A DNA stretch of 64,000 nt, from assembly GCF_000143415.4 (NCBI RefSeq), contig NW_003314409.1, forward strand, positions 186,001 to 250,000, in the 5' to 3' direction. Source of the stretch: Selaginella moellendorffii (lineage: Eukaryota > Plantae > Lycopodiophyta). Below the pieces are notes generated by a model, which saw only the letters and a program-made list of their open reading frames with translations, searched no databases and was not told where the DNA came from. This document shows positions 46,831 through 60,389 of the stretch, piece by piece. Both the position numbers and the translations under genes were made by a program. Each line of letters begins with the position of its first letter. The stretch's first letter is position 1.

Positions 46831-48399
46831 AGAGCCCTAGAACAAGATCAAAGCTTTCTTCTCGACGATTGCAGGCTGATAGAAGCACAATTAGCATGCT
46901 TGAGATGTTAAGAAAAGAGCACTGGCGCCTTTCCCAGGATCATCAACTTTGTTCTTTGTTTGCTCCAAAAAGGCCAACAATCTTCCAAAATCTGAACACC
47001 ATTTCTATTATAGATAATTTGAGAATCATGAGAAAAGAGATTCCCAGAAGCATTTAATTCACTGTGACCACAGGAGTTTGGAAATGGCCATTTTTTCCAA
47101 TATAATTTTTAAAGATAAGATAGTATGACAGTCTGAACAATATTAGAAATGAAATTGTTTCCCTAATTATCAGTTTATTGAATATATTGTCACTTTAACT
47201 CTTAAAGTAATTTAAATCTTGAGGAAATCCTAAGGAAAGTATGGGTTGGACAAGGCCATCACTGTAACATTGAATGATGGGCAATTCAAACCTTCTTTTC
47301 TTTTTTTTTTCCTTACTTCAATGTTAAGGAGTAGGATCAGTGGGTGGGATGCCAAGTTTTCAAGAAAGTTAAAGGCCAGAAATCCAACTTGAAGTCATGC
47401 CATGCTTGTTGGTGGAATACATATTACTGGCATACTGAAATTGTGAAACTATGGCATTAGGATTTAAAATGCTTTGGTTGTTTTGTGTTTATGTTCTTTC
47501 ACTTTTTATTTAGTCCAACTATCTATATTATCTAATCTATGCTCTTAAGAAAGACTCAAATGTAACTGGATGACCTTGGATGGATGGAGTGAGAATAAGC
47601 ATCTTGTATTGCAAAGTTTAAGCTTGACTAGCTTCTTTTTGCCACCGCCTAACACTATATCTTGATGAGGAACACTTTCAAGTTTCTTCCACGCTCACAC
47701 ACTCAATATAAACCATCTGTATGTGATTTAACATTACTTTAACAAAGGAGCATATGGAAAAATAGATTGAGTGTCTACATATACTACAGTGAAGCTGGTG
47801 TAATCTACTGAGGACCCACATGTTCTTATGTATTCTACATCAAGACCTACTCAAATTTGAGAAAATTTTAGATGTATGACTTTCAAGTCACCAACTTTGC
47901 TTCTTGTTTGATTGGAATCTCATTTTCCACCACAATTTATTTGCTGTAGCTCTTCATAGGAACTTACAAAAGGCTTTGAAAACCCTTCTAGCATCATTAT
48001 GTATTTATTCTTTGAAAGCTTTGCTCCTGTTTAAGCATCTTCTCAAATCAAGCCTTCATCTTGGTGCTAATGACATGGTTATTAATATTTATGACTTGAA
48101 GAGTGGTCTCCTTTAGTTTTCTAAGCTCGAACTTGTGGCTTTATTTGTTTGCAATCTTTGGTACAACTTGGAATGCATGTAGATCATTTATCTCAAAATC
48201 ACTTTTTAAATCTTACTACTTCATGAATCATAATTGCCATTATCGCTTATGGAAAATTCTTCTACCACCCTTGCAAGATTTTATTGCACAATTATCTTGA
48301 CTCACTTCTTTTCATCGTGTCATCTATATTCTCTCTACCATAAAAACCTATAGTAATGTGCTTTGAGAGTCTTTTAATACTTAATGAGGAGCTTTCCAT

Positions 48400-49354
48400 A
48401 AAGCTGCTTGTAAGTCTGTCGACCATAATATAATATAACCATCATTTTCTACTACAAGCCCAACTGTTTTTATACAATCAGGTTTTATTTTACAATATTT
48501 GAAGCCTTAACAAAAATCTTGTCCCCAATATATACATCTGAGTTGTAAAGAATATTGATTGGGCATGGAGAATGTGTATAAATGCCAGATTCATATAACA
48601 CTCTTTCTCCATCTAGCATATCGTATAGGACAAAATTGCAATCTACCTGTATGATAAATCGATACCTAGCATTCTTGGATTGAAAGATATATGGATCACT
48701 AACAAATGATCCCAAGGATTTAAAACCACTAATTATGATTGTTTCAAAAGGCCTACAATCTTCTAAATCTGAATACCAATCTTGGATTTGATAATAACTC
48801 TTGTTATGAGTAATTTAGGGCTGGATTGAAGGAGTATAAGGAGGAAAGGGACTTGAAATATTCCAATAGTTATTATAAGTGTTTAATTCATTATGTTCAC
48901 TTTTGTCAATAGGCCATGAAACATAATCAATTCCTAAGAGTTTAGATATAACTAACATTGTTCCATAACCATTCACCCGTGCTTGGGGGATGATGATTTT
49001 AAGAATTTGCATATATTCATATCTCATAATATTAGAAGATAGTGCAATAGACTCGTCAGGAGACACTGAACAAGTGATGGCTATCATTGAAGGAGCAATA
49101 CTGAAGAACCAAAGATGTATAGTAACATAATAATTATCTGTGATTGCAATATTATATCTAAAGCTTCACCCCGCAGAGTAAAAAGCAAATTTTTGAAGAG
49201 AATTGATAAAAGAAGAAATAGCACTTGTGACTTTCCTTGTTTCCAATTGGGAAAATTGCCCAGGATGTCAAGCATCCAGGATTGTCATGCTAGAGATATG
49301 CAAGAAAAATCCTATTAATATAATGATAGTTAAAGCATACACCAGACTCCTCAT
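48400..49354 (-). pseudogene. Pseudogene paralog of the secreted GNA-lectin fusion gene
   Basis: MRSLVYALTII.., WFFSIAPSMIAITCSVSPD, RVNGYGTMLVISKLLGIDY, QVDCNFVLY; three in-frame stops and a 3' frameshift. Confidence 0.85.
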
Positions 49355-52300
49355 TATTAACAACTTTATTATGAAAATGTGGAAACCAATTAATCACAAA
49401 ATTAATCAATAGGAGAGCTCACCTTTTTTATCAAAGCTCAATATAATGAAAAAATATATGTTGGTTGGTTCTACATAGCTTGTGTAGATCTAATTTTTTT
49501 CCCAGCCAAAAGAGATTGGTAGTGGACGAAAAATACCTTAATTTGTATCACTTTTCAAAATGTTTGAACTATTCCTTGGAGAATTGCTTTATGTAGAAGT
49601 GGGCCATTTTTCATCAGTTTGTATCAACATGTTAACTTGTGGAGCCTTTGAAAATGTTAGCTATCAATAAGTAGACAGAAGGATTGCTAAGGGTTACAAG
49701 CCCAATGCCATAGCCTGTAACAATAGAGAAAAAATTCTATTGTGTACTTTATTTAATGAAATGAGAAAATTAAAAACTAACACTCAATTGATATTATGGT
49801 ATGGCTTTTGTTTGTGATTTGTTTATAATAGAGTAGTATTGCCTAGTAAATTCTGAATAAGTACAAAAATTAATAATTTTATACACTTTTGATCTTTCTC
49901 TCTCTCTCTAGACACACTATATAGCATAGACCATATATTTAGAATATTAATATATTCCTAAAGTGACTATATAAATATTATTGATAAATATATTAATAAA
50001 AGTAATACCTGGGAATGTGAATATATTTAGAACACTAAGATTTTAAAATTCTTAATAACCAACCAAAAAGAAAGTAAAATAAAAATTTCTAATATTAATT
50101 TTTTATAGCTATTAGAATATGAATATATTTAGTACACTCCAGACCAAAAATATAAAAGAATAATTACTAAAACAGAATTTTACTAATTAGATGTTACATG
50201 TAAAGTATGTTTTCTTGGGATATAAGAATCCTAAAATGTTAAGAAAACTAATATATTACTACCTAGACTAAAAAAACAGTAAATAAAAATTAATAGGATT
50301 AATTATCATTAATTTGGGAATCATTATTTAATTTTTATTTGTTTACTTAGAATATGAATAAAAATATAACTAAAATTCTAAGAACATTAATATATTACTC
50401 AGACCCAAAAAAGTGAACCTAGAAATAAAACAATTGTATATACTCTTGAACTCAAGCACCTAGAAAGAGAATATAAATAAATTTACTTAATATTTAATTA
50501 ATATAGATATTAGCAAAGAATTACTATGCCATATGCTTTACTTAGAATATAGAACAATAAAATTGTAAGAACACTAATATTACTACCCAGACCTAGGTAA
50601 AACTAAGACAAAAATATAAAAAATAATTGTTATAAATTATATTCCATAGTACTAATAAACTATGTTTGTAGTTATTCAAAAGATTTATAAAGGTTATAAA
50701 GACTAAGCTAAACCTTGAGCATTAACCTCATGTTAAAATGTAAGTCTCATGCCTAGAGAGAGGCAATCCATATAGAATTGTTGTGATTTCCCAATCAATA
50801 CAACAGTACAAACAAGGAATTTCCTTATCAATTAGTGAGGTATCTATCAATCATATACATAAAGAAGAAAAATGTATAACAGGCTATCTTAATTATATTT
50901 ACTAATTGAGTTAAGTTTAAGTTAAAATGAATTTTAATCATAGTATCCAAGCTAGGAAACAATATTCTTGACCCAATGGTTTTGCAACCTGAGCAACATC
51001 TACTGCACAATCACTAGTAGACTTGGTAGCCATGTCCTATAGGAACCCCAAGAGCTCTTGTTCTTGTGCTTACACAATCCCTTATATGAGGAGTTTTCCA
51101 AGAGAAAACAAAAATTGATAAGTATGCAAGAGGGCTATAGACCTATAGTAGGCAACATTTTTTGTCACTTGCAATCCATGGTTGTGCCTCAACAATTCTC
51201 TGCCCTAGCATCTAATCTCCTAGATCTACATCTATATAGCATACTTGAATTTGAAGCTAAACTCTAAACTTATTGTGCTATAATACGAGGGTCTAATACA
51301 CACTCAATATCCTTTTATAAACATTAACTCTTTATATCTAGCTCTTGTATGTAAAGCAATGTCAAATGATATCTAGTACAATTTTGGCATACTAATGGCT
51401 TAACATGAGGGGTACTATTGACTATAGTACCATGGAGTTTAGGGTTAAACCCAAATTAGACTTAGAATAAGGAATGACACAACCCAGTGGAAGACAAATT
51501 AATGTGTTAAATGCTCTACCATACTTCTAACCACTATCTTTATTACATTTAAAACTCCCCACAATGCCCTAGTTCTAAAAGTTAGTTTCAAAGACAAGCT
51601 TGAAAACTTATTAAATATAAAATAAAACTAGATTGTGAATCAAGATGTGAGAACAATACTATAGTTAACAAATGAGTTTCTTTAATCAGGTCAAATGTGT
51701 TTGACTAATAGCATTTAGGAATTTCATCTTTATGCTTATTTGGTCAAGTGCACATGTGATAACTAATTTCTCAATTAGTTTACAAAAGGAATCAACAATA
51801 CTAATCTCTTGCTTGTAAGCTTCTGAATTTAAACTTCTTGAGAGGTCATTCAACTCAATACTATTCAAACTTAAAGATGGTTAACAATAAATGTCCCAAA
51901 ACTATTAATCAATTTAAAAAGGGGGTACACTTTGTTCATGTGCCCTTTCCTTTTATATTTGAACCCTTATAGATAGTTTCTCAAGTTGTTTTCTTTGATT
52001 ATTTATATTGCCACTATAGTAATAAGGAGAGAATATTGATAAGGATTAACCAAAAAATATTTTTTGATACCAAAAATCACATTCACAACAGCCCACAAAT
52101 CCACATGGTTCAAACTAAGTGCCAATCACAAATTAGATCAATCAATTTCCCAAGACACTTAGTTGCTAGATAGCACTACTTATGGCACTCCATTACTCTA
52201 GAGTGCTGGCCATAGTGCTCCATTATTAATCCAGCCCTAGGGAAATTTGCAAAAGGATGGATAAGACTTTAGAGACAACATCCAAGTGCTGCAGATTACA

Positions 52301-53144
52301 ATCTCTCCTCCATTTGCAGTGTCAATGAATGTGATTCCTTTCACAATTCTAACCATGACTCCAACAGTTTAACTCTACTTGCTATTCAGTGAGTGTAGCA
52401 AGATTTTAGTTGCAGATAATTCATTTTCCCTACTACAAAGAATTCTAACAATCAAATAATAAAATTTTGTTGATTTTGATGCAAATATTATTTTCTTTAA
52501 TGTTTCTTTTCTTGGAGATGGCTTTGCTTGCTATTCTAGTGCTTGCTACTCACTAGACTAATCAAGCCTTAGAGGACTATGCCAGACTCAGTGATTAGGG
52601 TGTGAACATCCAGCAATAGATCTTTGTTTGTTAAAATTGATGGTTTGATTGAATTTTTACTTTGAATTGAACAATCTAGATTTTTTGATAAAAAAATAGG
52701 GAATTCATATGGCTCATGTGTGGATGACACAAACTATAATGAATATCATCCAAATATCATGTTCATTGTTCATTACCTATTTATGATCTATGAAACCAAT
52801 GATTGATTGTGAAATTTACATAAAATCATACAAATCCAATTCTATTCATAGACTATGAAATCCTCTTTTTCCTATGATTTTGGCATAAAGAAAATCACAT
52901 TATTTTCAACTTAAGTTATTTCCTTATATCAATGAGTGTACATACTTCAAACTTACATAGTTTTTATTATACCCTTCTACGTATAGTCTTTCAATTTTAA
53001 TTTGATAAAAAAAATGATGTTTTTATAATAGGCTATCCAACCTAGCTGTATATAAAGTAGTAAATTTTATTTAATATTTACCTCTTGTTAAGTAAAATCA
53101 TATTTGCTTTCCTTACTATACAAATTATGTTTCTTAGTTTTTTA

Positions 53145-53741
53145 AACACATTCATCAAGTGCTTGGAATACTCCTCTAGCATCTCATTATAGATTAGGAT
53201 ATCATCAATTTAGACAACAATAAAGTGATTTAAATAGGGTACAAAGATTTGATACATTAATGCCGAGAATGTTGTTATTTAATGAACTTTCAATAGTAGT
53301 TGTATAGCCCTAAAAATGCCCTTAACTCGTATATGTTCAATAGTCATTGTATCATTTAAACCTTCTTAGGATCCACTTTAAGCCTGTCCTTGCTTACCAT
53401 ATGCTCAAAAGATTTTACCTTTTGTTGGTTGAAGTTACATTTGCTCTCTATAGCATATAACTTGTGTTCCCTTAGTTTCTCAAACATGTTCATCAGGTGT
53501 TTAGCATATTTCTTTAATGTCTCACTATAGATTAAGATATCGTTAATGTAAATGACCACAAAATGATCCAAATAAGGTACAAAGATGTATTTCTACATTG
53601 ACGACCATAAAATGATCCAAATAAGGTACAAAGATGTATTTTTGCATTGACGACCACAAAATGATCCAAATAAGGTACAAAGATGTATTTTATCAACATC
53701 GAGAACATCATTGGTGCATTAGATAGCCATAAGGGCATCAC
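53145..53741 (-). mobile_element. Ty3/gypsy RT fragments with a 49-bp triplication (53554-53690)
   Basis: MPLWLSNAP..YLDHFVVIYINDILIYS..KLREHKLYA. Confidence 0.8.
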
Positions 53742-53797
53742 TCAAACAAGAGTGCACCCCCTTTTCCAATCGGTTAAGGGTCTTGGGATATTTGGGA

Positions 53798-53851
53798 TTA
53801 AGTGTCCTTCGGTGTGAATAGTACTGGGCTGGGTGACCTCCCGGGAAGTCC
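53798..53851 (+). pseudogene. 5S rRNA-derived fragment (internal Pol III promoter region)
   Basis: ttaagtgtccttcggtgtgaatagtactgggctgggtgacctcccgggaagtcc aligns without gaps to the 3' half of plant 5S rRNA as recalled from memory. Confidence 0.75.
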
Positions 53852-54059
53852 AAACTCAGGAGCTTACAGTTTTAACAACTCACTACACAAGCAATGGAGC
53901 GCTAGCCATTCAACCACAAATTCCTAAATTCTCTCCCAATCCCCTTCCCCAAATTAAACTAAATTTAAGGTTTGGCTACACTCCCCATAAACACAAGAAA
54001 TTAAGCATATTAAGCTTCCAAGTTTCTAACATTCATTGGTATAACAAAATTTAATCATG

Positions 54060-54520
54060 AGACCCTCTAAATCCCAAGCCATAAGTGCAACACTTGCTTT
54101 GAGACACTGGGTGGAAACACTATGGCTTAACGGCCCAATATGGGTACCCCTACTCCCCTATTTTCATCCCGAAGGAAAGGCCTAAGCCCTTAGGAAGGGT
54201 GAGGACTAATGAGCCGCAAGGTACTCAAGTGGGGCACCACTCCACTTGAGCCGGAAGCACTACAATCGATTTCCCTTTTGGGAGTGGGAGCTACTTTTGA
54301 GCACTTCCTTGGGTGGTCCCTCCAGCACCACCTAAGTCCATGCTCACTCCCACCCAAGGCCCCTAAGCTCTAGCCTCAACCTCAAGTCAGTTTAGAAGCA
54401 TCATTAAAGAGTTCCTTCAAGATTGGTTTTTGGACCTCATTATCTCTACTATACTTTTGGAACCCCTTGCAACCCTTCTCCCCCCCCGAGAGACACATGC
54501 TTTAGGCTTTTGCCCATGAC
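54060..54520 (-). mobile_element. Diverged fragment homologous to the 3' half of the family B LTR
   Basis: Colinear blocks aaagcctaaagc, ccaaaagtatagtag, gaagtgctcaa, atcgattg, gtaccca, gccatagtgtttcc. Confidence 0.55.
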
Positions 54521-54572
54521 TTGTATTAGTATTCAGAATAGGAATCGCTGAGACAATTCCTCTGATACCAAA

Positions 54573-55483
54573 TGTAACGCACATGAATTTGGAGCCAAAC
54601 TCCAAGCCCGTTGCGCTACAAAACAAGGGTCTGGTACAATCCCATGAGCACCAGCTCCTTGTATCCAGCACCTGCATGCAAAATGGTGTCAGACGGAGTC
54701 TGGCACAATTTTAGCATACCGGTGGCCTAACGCAAGGAGGATGGTACCCCACAGACTAAAGGAGTGTAAAGCTTAGGCTTAAACCCAAGCCGGACGTAGA
54801 ACAAGGAGTGACACAGCCCAACAGGAGCTAAACTAATGTCTCAGGTGGTCGGACATACATTCTAACCACTATCCCTACTATACATTTGGAACCCCCCCAC
54901 CTCCTTGAGGAAGACACGCTTTGGGCTTTCACCCCAAGCCTCCCTTAGTACTAGGAGTTAGTCTCTGGGACAAGCTCGAAACTTACTAAATATAGAATGG
55001 CGCTAGATTGCGAATTTGGACACGGGACGAACACCATTGTGTTCAGGCCAACCTCTATATTCTGTAGATATACATATGAGCGAATCTAGACACTTTCCAT
55101 AAATAACATTTGGGACCGAAATGAGACTAACACAAAGGGCGTGATAGCGAGGGTGTTTGGAAAACACAGTATGCTCTCATCCGGCGATATTGAGGGACTA
55201 GTCTCAATACGCGAGGGTTCTTGCCAAGCCAGTGCAAAACAGAGCAAAAGAGAATTAACAAGCCGGGCCAAGTATGCTTGGCTAAATAGACATTTATGAA
55301 TTCCTTCCTTATGCTCATCCGGCCAAGTACAAATGCTAGGTCCAATTTATTAACACTTGGACAAGAGGGGCTAATAAAGGAAACCAGCAGTACCAACCTC
55401 CTGCCGTCGTGGTAATAAGGAAAGAGTGCCCGTAAGGACTAGCCGACAAATATCTTTCAATACCTGAAGTCACATTCATGACA
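54573..55483 (-). mobile_element. Complete family A LTR flanked by a PPT (55484-55494) and a PBS (54560-54570)
   Basis: Minus strand GGGGGGGAGAG|TGTCATG...GTTACA|TTTGGTATCAGAG. Confidence 0.85.
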
Positions 55484-56257
55484 CTCTCCCCCCCTTGGGG
55501 AAGATCAACATCCTCGTCGATACATACCCGAGTCTAGCAAATTGTCAAGGAAACAATTCTGAAAGTTAACGGAAAGCACACTATGTGGGAAACGCACCGA
55601 CTTAAATGAGTTATAGAATGACCTCTCCTCTACGTCCAAAGACGTTAAGACTCAGACACCCTCTAGCCATCACCGACAAAGAAATAACTAACGGAGTTAG
55701 CCACCTTTGCTGCTCCGATATAGCACACCTTATCTCTCTCCCTTTAAGCCAACTAAAAAAGAGGCAATTGTTTGATGAGAGAGCCCTTAGTGCTATTTTA
55801 TCCCCATTTATCCCCCAAGGTTCCAAGGATCCACGGTGACAGTATATCTAAATCTCATCCCATGATCACATGTGCTACATCCGAGTACCACTCGACTTAC
55901 AAAGGAATGATACATCCCTGCTCGCAGGGACATAGGGAGAAAGCCAGAGGCCCAACTTCCCCTGAGCAAGAAATCAACCCCGTCAGGAAGATTTAGACAA
56001 CTACTATAAACTGGCAGATTAAGTTGTTTACACGACCATGCCCCTTTTTTAAAATGAGTCATCGAGAGAGAGACAGGGACTTGTGATCAGTCTATAATAG
56101 TTATCCCCATGGTTATGGATTGAACCCATGCACTGAAGTGCCGAAGTCAACCTGTTAAAACTGACCCAAGTACTAATGAATGAAAGAAACGACACTTTGA
56201 TGTATAAAAATATATTACTTTATTAATTTGCAAGATTTATTACAAGGTTTACAAAAG

Positions 56258-59200
56258 CTAATCTTTATTACAATTCTCATACTCTGTGACAAGCTCACGA
56301 GCATGTGTAAGATTACTAAGAGGCTCCCAAATTGATTCACAAGATGGGTAACCTTTCCACTTAATTAGATACTCTCGATATTTGGCATGCTTAAGCCAGT
56401 GTGTACCCAAAATAGCTTCCAATTCATATTTAGGTTCACCATCCACAACTTTTGGTGGTGGACGAATCTCCACTTGACGTGCATCATCCATAGTGTATGG
56501 AGCCAAGAGATTGGCATGAAATACATTATGAATATTAGACATCTCCGCAAGAAGATCCAACAATAGGATACATTACCAATGCGCCTCAACACCCGATAAA
56601 GTCCAACATATCTCAATAACAGCTTCCGAGATAAAGATCCCTTAATGTTCAAGTTCTGGAAAGATAGCCACACCTGATCTCCCACTTGATAGGATACATC
56701 TCGACGATGCTGATCCTTATCACGTTGATACCTATCCTGAGCTTTGCCCATTGCCTCAGTAACTCTAGACCAACCTTGGCATAGCTGCTCCGCATAAGTC
56801 TCAACGGCTGGGACCAACACTTCGAACATTGATTTCGGTATAACAATCTATTGAGGCACTCCACGAGCATTTCCTTGCAGTATCTCCCACGGGGAACAGC
56901 CAATAGTGCTATGAAATGTGTTGTTTTAACAAATTTTTGCTGTATTCAAATACTCAACCCAATCGTGTTGGTCCGCCGCGACATAGTACCACAGATAATC
57001 CTCAACTTGAGCATTCACGCGTTTGGTCTGCCCATCAGTTTGAGGATGATAAGCCGTATTGAATTTCAGCTTGGTACAAAACAACTGGAACAGTGTGCCC
57101 CAAAACTTCCCCATAAACCTTGAATCTCTATTCGAGATCATCTCTTCGGGAAGACCACAAAGTCACACTACTTCATGGAAAAAGAGTTTTGCTGCTTGTT
57201 TCGCATTCATTGTTCCCACAGTTGGAATGAAGTGTGCAATCTTCGACAACCGATCCACAACCACCATCAAAGTATCATAACCCTTAGACTTCAACAAGCA
57301 TGTGACGAAATCAAATGTCACACTCTGAAACAGCCATGCCGGTGTTGGAATGCACTACAACTTTCCAGCCTGCTTCTTAGCTCTACATTTACATTGCTGA
57401 CATATAGGGCAGAAACAGACATAGTCCGCTACATCACCTTCTATACCAGACCAGAAAAATCCCTTTTTCAATGAAGCTAGAGTCTTTTGCTTTCCACCAT
57501 GCCCTGCTGCCGAAACATCATGATGTTCCTATAGAAACAACTGCTGCAAATCCTTAGAGGGAAGATACAATCTTTCTTGCTTATAGAATATAAGCCCATC
57601 CCGAACTGAGAAGTGAAGCTTTGCATTAGTGCGGTTAGCAACTTTCACTGCCTCGCTACTAGAGTTCTTCTTCGACAACTCCACATGGTATAAGATTGCC
57701 TTCGCCAACGGATCACTTCCATACGAAGCCCAAACGTCCTCCAACCAGTCCGAACTGATTGCTGATATTGCCCGGAATTGAGCCTGACGACTCAATGCAT
57801 CCGGAACAATATTAGCTTTACCAGGTTTATATATGATTTCAATATCATATCTAGTAAGCTTCTTTTGCGAACGAGCCTACTTTGGCATAAGTTTAGGCTG
57901 CGTAGCAAAGTAGCTTAGTGTGTTACTATCCGTATAAACCTTGGTGTGTCCACCCAAGTAGTGTTCCAATATTCCAAGGCCGACACTATAGCAAACATCT
58001 CTTTCTCATGCGTTGGCCATCTTCATTGGGTCTCATCCAATTTCTTGGAATAGAATGCAACGGGACAACCATGTCGCCTTAGCGTAGCACCAACCGCTTT
58101 GTCACAATCTTTCTGCAACACGGCACTAATAGCAAAGCCAGATGCATCACAATGCACTTCAAAGGGTTTATCAAGATCTGGGATCTTGAGAACATGAACG
58201 ATAGTCAAGATCTCCTTCAACCGTACAAAAGCACGCTAACAAGTTGGTGTCCAATGAAATGGAATGTTACTCTTCGTCAACTCAGTCAACGAAAGAGCAA
58301 TTCTTGCAAAATTGCGGACAAACTTGCAATAGTATCCTGCCAAACCAAGAAAGGAACGAACATTTGATACAGTGGTCGGGACATCCTAGGACTTCACTGC
58401 TTCCACCTTCTTTGGATCAACTTCAATCACGCCACCACCAACTATATGTCTGAGAAAGTTTATGTGCAATTGACTAAAAGCGCATTTACTTTCTTTAGCA
58501 TACAGTTTGTGTTCGCGCAACTTCTGAAACACCAGCTCCAAGTGTTTCAAATGATCCTCCAACGTTTCACTAAAGACTAGAACATCGTCAATATACAGGA
58601 CAACAAATGCATCAAAATAATCTCTGAATATTCTATCCATCATAGTGCTGAACATTGCCGGAGCATTGCATAACCCGAATAGCATCACAAGGAACTCATA
58701 AGATTCGTACCGAGTCTTAAAGGCTGTTTTCTCCACATCTTGATCTACCACCTGTATCTGATGATACCCGAATTGCAAATCAAGTCGCATAAAATACTTA
58801 GCCTTTAAGAGTTGGTCAAACAAGCCATCAATGTGAGGCAAAGGATAACTGTTTTTAACCGTGATCTTGTTAAGTGCCTGATAGTCAATGCACATCCTCA
58901 TGGTTCCATCCTTTTTCATAACAAAAAGGACTGATACTCCATAAGGTGACTTGCTTGGTCAGATATGACCTTTGTCAAGAAGCTTTGTGAGTTGCTTCTT
59001 GAGTTCAGCCATCTCCTTAATGTTCAATCGATATGGAGCCTTTGTAGGTGGTTTAGAACCCGGAATAACCTCAATCTGATGATCAACCTCACGGCTAGGA
59101 GGTAACCCTGGCGGCAAATCCTTTGGGAAGATATCCTGATTCCTCACCAACAACTCTAATATCTTTTTTGGTACAGGATCAACCCTATCACCAATTCGAA

Positions 59201-60250
59201 TTGAGTCACCAACACCCTTAGCTTCTATCACTTGAACCCAAAAGGTCTGACATCCCCTTTTAGCTGCTTTTTGAGCGGCCCTCGCAGTCAGAAACTTTGC
59301 ATCCCAATCCTTTGAGGAACGCTTTTGCAACTGGAAGGACACATCGGGATGTCCTTCGGACTTCAACGTGATACGATTTTGTTTAGCACCATAAATCCCT
59401 TTTATATATTTGTTAAAGAAGTCCATACCAAACACCATCTGAAAATTTAGTATCTTCAACACAACCAAGTCCATTCTTTCTTTCCACTTGGATATCTTTA
59501 TTAGAACATCACTCACAAACTTTCTGGCTACTTGCCCACCTTCCGCAAACCGAAAGTGCATAGGCGACATTTGCTCAGTATTCAATCCTAGCAACTTAAC
59601 TAGGTCTTCGGATATCACGCTGTGCGTAGCTCCCGTGTCAACCATCACTCGGATTCGGTGTCCACGGACAAAGCCTACCAGATACATTAACAAATCAGTG
59701 TTTGCATTGACTGCAAGAAAAACTTGAGGAAAGCAATGAAAGTTACTCACCTCCTCTTCCTCATAGTCTACATTGACCAACTCGTCAACCCCTTTAACTT
59801 CATCACCACCGTCTTCCCTCATAATATTAACACGAGACTTTGTCTTATGCTTGTTGGGACATTCCAAGGACCTATGTCCTGACTCTCCACAATAGAAGCA
59901 ATGACCCACACTACCCGTTCCACTAGGAGCAGGTTTTGTAGGTTGCTGCTACTTATACCCACCAGGAGGAGGAACATAGGGCCTAGGACCAAAAGAAACT
60001 GTTGGTGGTCTCCAACCACCACCACCACCTTTGTTAACCATTGTTTGTGAGCCCCCAAAGTGGAACCTGCCTTCCACCCTCTGTTTCCGATCACCTTGTT
60101 TATTCCCAGAATTCTTATTCTTATCCGAGTTACCAGCATACGGTTGCTGATATTGTTCCATGAGCGAGTGACTAAAGGCAACTTACTGCACTGCCTCCTT
60201 ACACTCCAAGTATGTTTTCAGCTTAAACTTCAAAATCTCATTGCAAGAAA
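56258..60250 (-). mobile_element. Decayed Ty3/gypsy chromovirus: gag(CCHC)-PR-RT-RH-INT-chromodomain
   Basis: CFYCGESGHRSLEC, VDTGATHS, VLYIDDVLVFS, HCDASGFA, AYHPQTDGQT, YELEAIL..YLIKWKGYP..WEP; stops and frameshifts. Confidence 0.93.
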
Positions 60251-60389
60251 ATGAACTTAAACCCTCTAGAAAATAACTCCAAGCATCTGGTTTATATGCC
60301 CAAAAAGTGCGTAGTCCTTTTGTTCAGTTAACTCTATGATGTCTACCACCTATGCACTCATACACAAAGTTGACTATGAAAAATCACAT

